Assembly (NCBI GenBank): GCA_051294375.1
Contig: JBJCIZ010000042.1
Span: forward strand, 89,970-153,969
Reading direction: 5' to 3'
Length of the DNA stretch: 64,000 nt
DNA from: Paraspadella gotoi
Lineage: Eukaryota > Animalia > Chaetognatha
Each line of letters begins with the position of its first letter. Position 1 is the stretch's first letter. This document shows positions 12,750-24,000 of this stretch, in pieces. The notes beneath the pieces are model-generated. The model was not told the origin of the DNA and ran no database searches. It saw nothing but the letters and a program-made list of their open reading frames with translations. The position numbers and the translations under genes are program-made.

Positions 12750-12995
12750 TGAAGAGACCAGTGGATAATTGTTATGTATAATGGACAGGAACCGTTCAAT
12801 ATAAGCAGTCCCTGAGCTTTCATATCAGGCTGTAACCCGTGTTACAGGCGGGTTAAAGCAGCCCGTCCCTCCTTAACTGCTTAGTGGGCCACGCGGGCTA
12901 TAACCGCCGGAGCCTTTGGGTTGGGGGCGAATGACCTTGCTCCGTGCACTAATGGGTCGGCTGATGAAGCGAGTTGGTGGAATTTAGTCCACATA
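12750..12995 (-). mobile_element. SINE-like element, copy 3
   Basis: Same unit as 9227-9449. Confidence 0.55.
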
Positions 12996-13541
12996 AAAAT
13001 GAAATGGTTTTTTCTTAAATCAAAATATCTTGTGTGATTAAGGAAGTAGTGAAAGTTGCAGATCAATTTCGAATAGTTGTATCATAAACCAGTCTGTACT
13101 TGAAGAACCTTGAATATAGTAATACCATAAGCTTGTTTTTTTGTCGATACTGGCGCTGATCGCTGTGCTTATAATATATGTGTCTGGTCTCTGTAACAAT
13201 AGGCGCTAGCAATGCTAGCATAGTGGTATGAGTGGGAGAAGGAGATGAACGCAATGGGATCATTTTTTCCAAATAGGCCGATTTACTTTTGGCCCTCTAA
13301 CGCGTTCTTTGGTTTTCCAGCTAATTCTCCCAATGTCAGAGGCAGAAATCGTTAACATCCGAAAAATAATTTTCTAAAAACTGTTTCACACAAATGTTAA
13401 TATATTTAAATTATTTATATATTAATTATTAAATATGAGCACTTAAGAGATTAATTAATAAATTAATTCTTCCTTCTATTCTAAGTTTGAAACAATTCCG
13501 CATGCTCGGATTTTGGTAATCTCCGCGAAAATTGTACTCGT

Positions 13542-13790
13542 TGAAGAGACAGTAGTTATTGGATATGTTGTTGTCGACAGAACCGTTCAATATAAGGCAG
13601 TCGCTGAGTCTTCGGATCAAGGCTGTACACCGTGGTTAGCAGGGCGGGATAGAGCGCCCCGTCTCCTCTTTAACTGCTAAGGCGACCAACGCGGGCTTAG
13701 AACCCGGACCTTTGGGTTGGGCAGGCAAAAGACTTGCCTCCGGCACCAATGGCCGCTGATGAAACAGTTGTGTTGTATTTTAGTCACCAT
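13542..13790 (-). mobile_element. SINE-like element, copy 4
   Basis: Same unit as 9227-9449. Confidence 0.55.
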
Positions 13791-14110
13791 ATCGTCTCTA
13801 AAATATACGCTTGGTAGTTCTAATTAAGTGTATTAAATATTTAAGGTATTTTAGTATAGTAGCATTTTTATAGTCTTCCTACTCCTTATGGTTAGAGCCA
13901 AAACTTCGTCAAATGGTGGGGTGGGTCAGAAGTTTGATTTGGGAACCTTCAAATGAAAGCTCATACATTTCGTGAGAAAATTTCAATGGAGCCAAAATTT
14001 TTCTTAAAAATGCAAGAAGCAATAGTATTAATTTTTTAATATTTTTTATAATAGGAAATGTCAAAAAATTTTTTTTTGAATTTTTTATTTTTAAAAGCAG
14101 CATTCACAGA

Positions 14111-14460
14111 TGAATGAAACCCCGGAAACAGAGGAAAAGATTAAGGAAGAGGATTCCGGAAGAGGAAGAAGATTCTGGAATGATTTCGAATGGGATTTTG
14201 GAAGCCAAATCCAGAAAAGGAACAATAGTTTCCGGAAGAGAAAAAGAAGGTTCCAGAAGAGGAAGAGGAGGATTCCGGAAGAGGAATCTGGCTTCGTCTA
14301 CTTGCCCCATTATAAATAGCCTCTGTTTCTGCTTTGATTCATTCTGTCCAAATATTGACACGTCTTCTGTCTACGTTCTGTAATATAAATTCCACTTTTG
14401 GTTTCATGCGAAATCCCGTCTTCTTACTTAATGTGTGACAGGGACGTGGATCATTCGACA
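14111..14460 (+). mobile_element. Possible 5' LTR and PBS-like site of a second retroelement
   Basis: Purine-rich short repeats (gaggattccggaagagg), tataaata, ...tgtgaca at 14440, then tgg at 14447, all ahead of a gag-like ORF. No second LTR is present to confirm it. Confidence 0.3.
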
Positions 14461-14732
14461 GTGCGTCCACTCTCCAAGACAGAAGCCCAGCCTTATCGGC
14501 ACCCGACAGAAGCTACTTTTTTTCCACTAAGGTTTCTGGCCGGGGGAAAGTGGTTGGAGTCCAGAAGAATGCCATTTGCTGGTTGCTTTGAGCGGCTAGC
14601 TCGCTCTGTCCAAAAAGAAGAGCCAAGCCTTATCCACTACGACCACGCTACCTCTCAAGAAAATGGATTCTCTGGCTCCAACCATTCCCCCGGCCAAAAC
14701 CTCGTGGAAAAAAAGGAGCCGCGGCGCCACCC

Positions 14733-16013
14733 ATGAGCGCCGCAACAAACGAAGACGGTAGCAGCCACCGTGGGGACCTTGAATATCACACCTTCGACCG
14801 CACGGGAGCTCTACTAGAGCAATGCCAATTAAGGACACCACAAGCGGAAGCGACGCGTCAAATCCTGACGCTCATAAACAATGCCAATCTAAAAAACGAT
14901 CAAAATCATGCAAGGATGAACAAGAGGTTCGAGGAGACCGAGAGCAAACTTGGCTCCAAAATAGACGACATCCATGAGATGATGAAACTCATGATGGCTC
15001 GTGACAACAAGCGCGTTGAACATCTAAAAAGCAGCGGGCATGCGCCCCGGCCGCCCCCCAAACACCGGGGGGTAAAAGGTCGGTGCGTGGGGTGGGGTGT
15101 CACTAACGCTACGCCGGGCCCTCCATGCGCAACCTCTACCCAGTGACGCAGCGCCCCCATCGCGGCGCGCCGTCGGCCACAAGACAAGGCCGCCGGCTGG
15201 CCGCCCGGGGCGCGCCGGCGGGCGCCCCGCCGCGGCGGGCGCTCGTGGATCGCTTTTCAGGCAATGCCAATAGCATTGTCAAGAAGTAGCGCTAATCGTC
15301 GGCCCGTAGGAACACTCCCTCTAGAATAGGGCGGGAGAGCGACGCTGGCGCCTCTTACAGCACCGCGTCGATGGCAAGCGGCCTAATCATAAGCTGGGCG
15401 AAAAGAGGAGAAGGCGAAGCGAAGCTGTCGCGGAAATTTCCATTCGTAGGCGTTTTACGAAGCCTTTAGGACTCCCGCTAACCACCCAAGACAAAAGTTA
15501 TGATCGGGGGCAGCTAGCGCGGCCTGGGCTCTCTGGCCTGTGCGAAATAAGGTTTGCAAGGCGATTCGCTGAACCAAATAACCTAGTCATGTGGTCTGGA
15601 TTGCGCAGCCGCTGTGTGAAACTGCCTGCGGTGGAGCATGCCGAAGCTGCTCGGCGGCAGAAGCGAAAGATTTGTAGTCCATGCTCATGGTTCTACGCAA
15701 AAATACGGTGCCTGGCGGCTCTGGTAAACGCGCAGGCTAAAGAAAGCTTCGAGCGTGAGTGGAGAAGGATAGGCCTCGCAGTACCCAGACTATGTAGCTC
15801 AACTGATGCGTGTGGAGGCGCCCTAGAAACGGCGCAATTTACGTGGTGGCCGATAACCGCGCGTGGAACCCTAAAAATGTTGGAAAGAGGGAGAGCGAGA
15901 CGCTCTTCGGCAAAGCAATCGAATTCAATTGCGCGGGTCTACCTTGAAGAAGTACGACGACCAACTCGGCGTCTTAGGGTAAGTACTGTGCGTGCAGAGC
16001 TGTCTACAGTATG
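14733..16013 (+). pseudogene. Gag-like ORF of a second element (noisy copy)
   Basis: MSAATNED...HARMNKRFEETESKLGSKIDDIHEMMKLMMARDNK coiled coil; partly duplicated at 16040-16582; its continuation is homologous to 60650-60840. Confidence 0.45.
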
Positions 16014-16039
16014 NNNNNNNNNNNNNNNNNNNNNNNNNT

Positions 16040-16582
16040 AAAAAACTGATCAAAATCATGCAAGGATTGCAAAAGAGGTTCGAGGAGACGCACGAGAGCA
16101 AACTTGCGCTCCAATAATTAGGACGACATCGCATGAGATGGATGAAACTCATGATTGGCTCGTGACACAACCGTGACATCAAAACACGGCCAACACAACT
16201 GTCACAACAAACCACGCCCCCTCCATCCAACCTCTACCCCAGTCCCTGCGCCCTCGCGGCCGCCGTCGCCACAGGACAACCTCGTGGACCTTTCACCAAC
16301 CAAACATTGGTCAAGGAGTACCAATCGTCGCCCGAGGAAACTCCCTCGGAAAGCGGGAGAAGCGACCCGCCCTCTTACACACCCGTCGAGCAGCCAATCA
16401 AGCTCGAAAAGAGGAAAGGCGACGAAGCTCCGGAAGATTTCCTTCGTAGCTTTTATGAAGCCTTTAAAGACTCCCCAACACCAGACAAAGTAGATCAGCA
16501 GCTGCGCGCCCTCCTGGTCCGAGATAAGGTTGCAAGCAGATTCCTGGAACCAATAAACCAGTCCATGTGGCTGGGTTTTTAG
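16040..16582 (+). pseudogene. Duplicate segment of the second gag-like ORF, cut by the large LTR element
   Basis: gatcaaaatcatgcaaggat repeats ~14898 onward; ...KLEKRKGDEAPEDFLRSFYEAFKDS...INQSMWLGF runs into LTR sequence. Confidence 0.5.
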
Positions 16583-16725
16583 TTTCAAAAATATTCACTC
16601 CACCTTTTTCCCTCTCTTTAGTCAGACGTACAACTTATTATTTTATTCGTCCTTTTTCCTCCTTTTCAATAAACGCCTTTTTTCTCTCATTCGAATCTTA
16701 TTTTGCCAGAGACATGATTATAGGG

Positions 16726-16743
16726 TGGCGCCCAATGTGGGAC
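16726..16743 (+). promoter_or_regulatory. Primer-binding site, tRNA-Lys type
   Basis: tggcgcccaatgtgggac versus the known Lys1,2 PBS TGGCGCCCAACGTGGGGC (16/18); identical at 28116-28133. Confidence 0.85.
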
Positions 16744-16956
16744 GTCGTCCTTTAACCACGTTTCGCCCCTCTCTTTTTCACCTCTCTTTTTCCTCTCTTT
16801 TGCAACACTACTCAAAAAAAAATATATATTTTTTTTTTCCGTCGTCCGTTCTCGAACGACAGTTTTTTTTCTCTCTCTCTCTCTTTCCAACTGAAAAGCG
16901 GAGAAGAAAGGAAGGCAGGGCAGGAAGGCGTTAACCAATTTTTCCCTCAGGAACGC

Positions 16957-17300
16957 CAAAGGGAAACGACGCTTTCCCCCGGGCTTCTCTGACAGGAGAA
17001 GGGCCGCGCAGGACTAAGTGAGAGGGGAAACGACGTTTTCCCAGGCCTTCTCTGACAGGAGAAGGGCCGCGCTAAGTGAGAAGGGAAACAACGTTTTCCC
17101 TGGCCTTCTCTGACAGGAGAAGGGCCGCGCTAAGTGAGAAGGGAAACGACATTTTCCCTGGCCTTCTCTGACAGGAGAAGGGCCGCGCTAAGTGAGAAGG
17201 GAAACGACGTTTTCCCTGGCCTTCTCTGACAGGAGTGAAAGAGAAGGGAAAAACGGCGTTTTTTTTTCCTGGACTTCTCTGTCAGGGGAAGGGCCGCGCT
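16957..17300 (+). repeat. 58-bp tandem array in the element leader
   Basis: Unit aagggaaacgacgttttccctggccttctctgacaggagaagggccgcgctaagtgag, about 5-6 units; also at ~21555-21995, 28358-28745 and 44762-45055. Confidence 0.9.
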
Positions 17301-17334
17301 GAAAAAAGAGAGAGGTGAGACGCAGGATGGCGCG

Positions 17335-17680
17335 ATGATTGACGAGTTAAGCCGCCAACAGCTCCGGGAAATATTTGAGTTTTGGCTACTCCACCCGCCA
17401 GTAGCGTCAGAGTCGCCGCAGGTGCTGCAGCACGCTAGCTTATCGTTTACCGAGATCAATCCAAACGTCCCGCAGAACGCCGCCTATCGCGTAGTCCACG
17501 GTTGTCGACGTCTTTCCGGACGGCAGTCGGGAGGTCGTTCACAGGTTCTCGAACCTAAAGGGGGAGGTATGCGTTGCGACGTGCGGGAGCTCGCCGCCGA
17601 CATCTCTGTCCGAGCCAAAAGACCTCACGTGTCCGCCTACGCAGCCGCCGCCGGAAGAGCAGCGTATAGAGAGAGAGTAG
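17335..17680 (+). CDS. Accessory ORF A (~115 aa, unknown function; net +1 indel in this copy)
   Basis: MIDELSRQQLREIFEFWLLHPP...NAAYRVVTCCRRLPDGSREVVHRFSNLKGEV...TCPPTQSPPKEQRIERE*, reconstructed from copies 1, 3 and 5. Confidence 0.55.
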
Positions 17681-17699
17681 GTCCCTTTGTGCCGGCCAG

Positions 17700-17876
17700 A
17701 TGCCGAGAACGGAGGCGGTCACCGTCCCCATCGAAGTGAAAATCGTCGACGGCCTCCTCTACATTGATCCGCCGCCACAATTCGCCGATGTGATCCGGCC
17801 GATGATTATTGACCTTTGACCCGCCCTCCGCCAGTTTGACGACGCCAAAGCGAAAGCGGATAAATCGGTGGCGTAA
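17700..17876 (+). CDS. Accessory ORF B (58 aa; premature TGA from CGA in this copy)
   Basis: MPRTEAVTVPIEVKIVDGLLYIDPPPQFADVIRPMIIDL[R/*]PALRQFDDAKAKADKSVA*; copy 3 has CGA at the stop position. Confidence 0.6.
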
Positions 17877-17908
17877 GGGAATGACGGAGAAAAGAGATAG
17901 AGAAACTA

Positions 17909-18094
17909 ATGGAGGGAAATGATGGGAAAGTGATTGAAATCCCCACCATCGTCAAAGACGGGAAGCTGATTATCGTGCCGCCCCCTATGTACGCCGCCCT
18001 TGGCTTTACCCCGACCGCGGTACCGCTCGCTAAAGCCGACAAGGAGCCGGTCCCGCCGACGCCGAAAACATCTGAAAAAAAGAGAGAGAATTAA
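17909..18094 (+). CDS. Accessory ORF C (61 aa, paralog of ORF B)
   Basis: MEGNDGKVIEIPTIVKDGKLIIVPPPMYAALGFTPTAVPLAKADKEPVPP...; the C-terminal half is in frame in copy 5 (45922-46030). Confidence 0.65.
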   Translation: MEGNDGKVIEIPTIVKDGKLIIVPPPMYAALGFTPTAVPLAKADKEPVPPTPKTSEKKREN

Positions 18095-18761
18095 GATCGA
18101 GGTCATGAGTACCCAATTTTTCGCGGCCGCCTTCTCTCTCTTTGTTATTGTTAAAGAAATAGTTTTCGCTTCCTTTTGGTCTCGTCGTTTTTTTTGATTT
18201 CTCGTTTCTATCGACTTTAAATTTGGTCGCTTTCTCCAAAAGGTCGGACCGACCTCCACATTCCGAGACCCGATCGGCCGAAAATTTCTTTCACCGCTTA
18301 TCTAAACGACCGGTGATTAGAAATCGAGCATCGGCGAAAGAGAGAGGGGTCGGGAGAAAGAGAAAGAAAGAAGGAAGGGGGTTAAGAGAAAGAACGAGAA
18401 TAAGATAACCGACGCCGAAACAAAAGAAATAAAATTTTAAAAGTCGTTTCAAAAAATTCGGGAATTAGGTGATAAATCGGGCTGATAGCTGTCGAGAAAG
18501 GGTTTTCAAACCCGATAAGAATCGAGACAGTCGGGCCGCCCTCCCGAAGCATTTATTTGAAAGTAATAAAATAAAATAAAAAAATAAGAGAAGGACGTCC
18601 GAGGACACGTCGACCTGAAGAAATAAAAGTTTCCAATTTTCCCCTTCAAAATAAAAGAGGATAAAGACAAAAAAAAAAAAGAAAGAAGGAATTCTGATTA
18701 TGAAAGAAGGAATTCTGATTATGAAAGAAGGGAGAAAGGTGGATGGTTTACCTTCAGTGAC

Positions 18762-18944
18762 ATGAGTGACGGACCGACCGCTCCCAATTCGCGTGTAGGC
18801 GACTGCCAACGCCGGCCGAATTTTCGTGACGCGGACGGCAACTGGTGGACAACTGAAGAGGCTTATTTGCATACTAGTGACTGTCCCCAGTGTCGCGTCT
18901 ACTTTTTCTGCCCTATGTGCGGCAGCTTCTCGCATCCCATCCAT
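18762..18944 (+). CDS. Accessory ORF E, zinc-knuckle protein (partial, runs into a gap)
   Basis: MSDGPTAP...CPQCRVYFFCPMCGSFSHPIH; nearly complete at 46688-46987. Confidence 0.65.
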
Positions 18945-18978
18945 NNNNNNNNNNACGCCCAAACAGGAGGTAATAAAC

Positions 18979-20258
18979 ATGGCGGAGCCACAGAAGGCGA
19001 TCACGGCGCCACCGGAAGTGATTCCGGAGAGCGATAGAGAAAAGGAAGAGACGAGACCGCGCGGCCGCGGCCTTTCACGTGCAGATTCCCTGGATTACAG
19101 CTGGCAGACGATGCAATGAGCGCGTTCCCGATCACGTGACCCGAGCGCTGATCGAACGCCCCATTCGGAATCAGGGGCGTTGCTCCCACAATTTTCCGTC
19201 CGGCGCCAAACGCCGCCCCCCTTCAATTCGGACTCATCCGAGGAGGACGAAATAAAATCCGTACGAGAGCGCTTTCAGCTGCTCGATGTGGTGCGGACGG
19301 ATAATGAAAAACTGCAGCAGGACTTGGCCTCTGTGGCGTCACAGTCGTCGATGATTCACGGCGAGAACGAGCAATTGAAACGGGCGTTAGATGACGCTGA
19401 ATCAGAAATGGTCAACTACAAAGACCAGAATACAGATTTAGCGCAGGAAAACGCCGAGCTGCGGGAGGCGCTAGAATTTTTTAAGACTCAGATCCACACC
19501 AAAAACGCCCAGGAGGCGTCCGTCGAGCTAAGGAAGCGTAAAACGGAAGACGACGCCGCGTCAGTGGCCACTTCCGGTTTAACGGAGGCAGATAGCGCGC
19601 GACGAATCGATGAAACGGCGTCCTTGCCACAATCGACGGCGTTAAGCCGCCCTTTTTCCGACGAGACGCTCAGATGCGTCCGCTCAGCACCGGTTTCACC
19701 GCTGAAAAAGAAATCGGCGACGGAGGACGAGGTTGAGAGATTGAGAGAGATGCTGAAACGCGCCGAGGCCAAAGGAGAAAAATATAGAGAACGATTGAAA
19801 GAGGTGAAATCGATGGTCAGCGGCGTTCGAGGCTTCACGGCGGNNNNNNNNNNNNNNNNNNNNNNNNNNNNNNNNNNNNNNNNNNNNNNNNNNNNNNNNN
19901 NNNNNNNNNNNNNNNNNNNNNNNNNNNNNNNNNNNNNNNNNNNNNNNNNNNNNNNNNNNNNNNNNNNNNNNNNNNNNNNNNNNNNNNNNNNNNNNNNNNN
20001 NNNNNNNNNNNNNNNNNNNNNNNNNNNNNNNNNNNNNNNNNNNNNNNNNNNNNNNNNNNNNNNNNNNNNNNNNNNNNNNNNNNNNNNNNNNNNNNNNNNN
20101 NNNNNNNNNNNNNNNNNNNNNNNNNNNNNNNNNATCCGCCGGAAACGTCGTCAGACGCGTCGCGTTACCTTGATGACATGAAAGCAAAATTTTTTCCACG
20201 AAGAGAGCACCACCCGATGTTTACGGATTATCTCAAGTCGTTGAGAACGTTTGTCAAC
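18979..20258 (+). pseudogene. gag: gag, copy 1 (premature TGA at 19117-19119, gapped, 3' truncated)
   Basis: MAEPQKAITAPPEV... followed by the coiled-coil ORF 19180..; homologous to the other copies. Confidence 0.8.
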
Positions 20259-21016
20259 CGCTTATAGATAGGGAAGCCAGGTACTCTGGAGGATGAATAA
20301 ACGAGACTGTGAAAAGAGAATCTTGATTGAAAGCTTGCAGGGACCCTGCTATGTGCATTAATCTCGTAAGAGTGATGGAGGCCTTAAACCACGCAAAGGC
20401 ATGGATAAGTTTTATATTGGGTTGTAGCCAATTTCATATAGAAAAATGACACAAAGCCAAAAATTTCATTTAACAAATGATAAAGTTCAAAGTTCATACC
20501 CATAAACGGGGATAAAAGATTTAATGAAAATCGACGTAAGTAAAACACGTTGTGAACCGGGTTTGTTTTCCATATATATACGTATTTAACCCCAATCCTG
20601 CGATCCTTAAAGTCTTAGGAACCGCAATTCCCCGCTTATTCTCTCCACAAAAAATTAGAGAAAAAAAATGTTTTCTCTCGCAAATCACCAATAATCTCTC
20701 CAATCGCAGTCGCGAAAGTCCACGAAATTGCCACTATGGGTCGCAGCCTGCGTCGGGCGCGACGTCTCCGCTGCATAAGGATACCAACGCCGCCAAGAGG
20801 GCCGTGGGCGAAGGAAACCGCTCGACCATCGGAGATCTCTCTCTACTCTTACATCGCGACCAAATCAGAGAACGTTTCCACTCGCCTTCGAAATATTGAC
20901 GGCGGAAAGGCGTTGACACCGTCAAACACAAGGTGAACCACCAGCACGAATACAACGAATGTTATTTTCGTCGTTTGATTTTTGGATAATAATTGGAATA
21001 TATTAGTTTCGAATGA

Positions 21017-24000
21017 CGATGAGGAGGATGGGGTTCAGCGAAGGCATCGTCATCCTCCCTTTCCTCATGCCTCTTCTCCTTCTAGAGCTCGCGGGTATTT
21101 CGGGGTCAGGTTTTTCGTTTTCAGAAATATTTCACTTCCAGCCTTTTTTTTCTCCTCTTTCTTTAGACAGGACCTACAACTTTTGTTATTTTATTCGTCC
21201 TTTTTTTCCCCTTTCAATAAACGCTTTTTCTCTCATTCGAATATTATTTTTTAAGCCAGATGACAGTGATTATAGGGTGGCTTACGCCCAATTGTTTGTG
21301 GGACGTCGCTCCTTTAACCACGTTTTCTCCCCCTCTTTCTTATTATTCATCCTCGTCTTTGTTATCCTCTCTTTTGGAAGACTTTACTCAAAAAAATAAA
21401 TAAATATATATTTTTTTTTCCGTCGTCCGTTCTCGAACGACAAGTTTTTTTTTTCTCTCTCTCTCTCTTTGTCCAACTGCTAAGAGCGGAGAAGAAAGTA
21501 GAAGGTCAGGCTTGAGGGCGTGTAACCAAATGTTTTTTTCCTAAGGAACGCCAAAGGGAAACGTCCAGCTTTAATCCCTGTGACTTCTCTGCCAAGCAGA
21601 AGTGGCCTCAGCTAAGAAAGAGGAGAAGCGGAAGAGTCGCTTTTCCCTGGACTTCTCCGTCTGTAAATCTACGATTGAAGGGCCCTGCAGATAAGAAAAT
21701 GTCGGGATAGAGGAGGGAAACGACGTTTTCCCTGGCCTTCTCTCAGACCAGAGAGAAGTGGTCCGCGCTAAGAGGAGAAGGGAACGACGTTTTTCCCCTG
21801 GACTTCCTGCTGTCTTACTATGAGAAGGTGCCGCGCAAAGAAAAAATAGAAGATTAGTAAGAGGATAACTGATCGTTCTTTCCTGGGATCTTCTCTGACA
21901 GGAGAAGTTGGCCGCTCGTAATAGAGTTGAAAGAGCAAGGGAAAACGGCGTTTTTTTTCCCCTGGAACTTCTCTGTTAGGAGAAGGGCGCCGCTGAAAAT
22001 AAAGAGAGAGAGGTTGAGACTTGCAGTGATGGGTCGCGATGATGACGAGTTAAAGCCTGCCCAACTAGCTCGTGGAAATATTTTAGTTTTGGCTACTCTC
22101 CACCCGCCAAGTAGCGTCAGAGTCGTCCGCTAGGTGCTGCACGCACGCTAGCTTTATGCGTTTACCGACGAATCTAATTCAGAAACGTCCGCCGCAGAAG
22201 CGCCGCCTATCGCGTAGTCACGCCGTTGTCGACGTCCTTCCCGACTGGCCAGTTCGGGTGATTGGTTAGTTTCACAGGTCTCGAACCTAAAGGGCGAGGT
22301 ACGCCTTGCAACGTGCGGGAAGCTTCGCCGCCGACGTCTCTGTCTGAGCCAGCGAATGACCTGACCGTGTCCGCCTTCACGCAGAGTCGCCTCGTCCGGA
22401 TATAATAAGAGCAGCGTATAAGAAAGAGAGAGGATTATGGTCTTTTGTGCCGGTCCGAATGGGAGCCAGGAACGGGACTAGGCCGTGTCCACCGATTCTT
22501 ACCCATCGAGTGAGATAATCTTCGACGGCCTCCTCCTTCTACGTTGATTCCGCCGCCCGCAATTCTGCCGATGTGATCGGCCGAATGATTATTGACTCCT
22601 TCGACCCGCTCCTCCGCACAGTTTGATCGACGCCAAAAGCGAAACGGACAAATCGACGGTGCGCTTCTCGCAAGGGAGAAATATTGAGGAAGTAAAGAGA
22701 GAAGTTTCTCAAAAGCTTCACCTTTGTTTGTTTAACATTTGCTCTGTAAAGACATAAGAGAAACTAATGGAGGGAAAGGATGGGAAAGTGATTGGAAATC
22801 CCCACATCGTCAATAGACGAGGAAGCTGATTTATCGCTCGGCCGCCCCCTATGTACCCGCCTCTTGGTCTTAATGCCTTCCGACCCGGATGGTACCGCTC
22901 GCTACAAGCCGACTAGATCCGGTCGCCGCCGTCGTGCCGTAAAGCATTCTGATAAAAAAGATCGAGAGAATTAAGTTGAGGTCACGGAGGTACCCCATAT
23001 TTTCGCGGCTTGCCTTCTCTCTCTTTGATTATTGTTACAAGAAATAGTTTTTCGCTTTCCTTTCTGGCCTCGTTATTTTTTGATTCTTCGTTTCTATCGA
23101 CTTTAGAAATATTATGTCGGCTTTCTCTATAGAAGAAGTTCGGACTGACCTCCTCATTCCGGACCCGATCGGCCGAAAAATTCTTTCACCGCTTACTCTA
23201 ACACGACCGGTGCATTAGTAATCGAGCGCATCGGCGAAAGAGAGAAGGAGTGTTCGGTGAGAAAGAGAGAAGAAAGAGACAGGGGGTTAAGAGAAAGATA
23301 ACGAGAATAAGATAACCGACGCCTGACTCACAAAAGCGTAAATAAAATATTTAAAGAATTCGTTTCAAAAATTTCGGGAATTAGTTTAAGGTTATAAATC
23401 GGGTCTGTAGTGCTGTCGAGAATAGGGTTTTCAAACCCTGATAAGAAAGTCCAGTACTAAGTCGAAGCGATCTCCGAAGATTTACTAAAGTAATAAATTT
23501 TTTTTTAAAAAAAATATAAGGAAAAGACGTCCGGGGGACACATCGACCTGGAGAAATAAAATTTCCAATTTTCCCCTTTCGAAATAAAAGAGGATAAAGA
23601 CAAAAAAAAAGATGATAGGAATTCTGATTATGAAAGAAAGAAGAAATGGTGGGATGGTTTTACCTCTCAGTGACATGAGTGACGGACCGACCGCTTCCCG
23701 ACTCGGTGTAGCCGACTGCCAACGCCGGCCGGAAATTTTCGTGTCCTACGCGGACGGCAACTGGTGGACAATCTGAAAGAGTGCTTAGAGTATTTGCCAT
23801 GGTCTAACGAATGTCCCCCAGTGCGCGTCTATTCTTCTGCCTATGTGCCGGCTGCTTCTCCACCCCATCCAGTGCAGTGTCCGTATCGATAAGACCTACT
23901 GCGCGAAGTAGCGGCCTCTGGGGTTCGGATATCGGCGAAGCGGACGCCAATAGGCACAGGGACGGCAGCTTCCGTATGGCTTGATCGAGTCGGACTGCCT

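Larger units (their letters stand above)
16575..20258 (+). mobile_element. Large Ty3/gypsy LTR retrotransposon, copy 1 (5'-truncated LTR, leader, accessory ORFs, 5' half of gag)
   Basis: Colinear with the copies starting at 21017, 27870 and 44762. Confidence 0.9.

Noticed and set aside
14104-14383. Glu/Arg-rich short ORFs
   Set aside because: Low-complexity purine repeats, more likely LTR U3-like sequence.
16957-17300. Regular repeats resembling a CRISPR array
   Set aside because: Units are contiguous with no unique spacers, and there are no cas genes.
18965-18981. AGGAGG Shine-Dalgarno-like motif just before the gag ATG
   Set aside because: The context is a eukaryotic LTR element with a good aaacATGG start; the motif is better explained as chance or as part of a splice acceptor.
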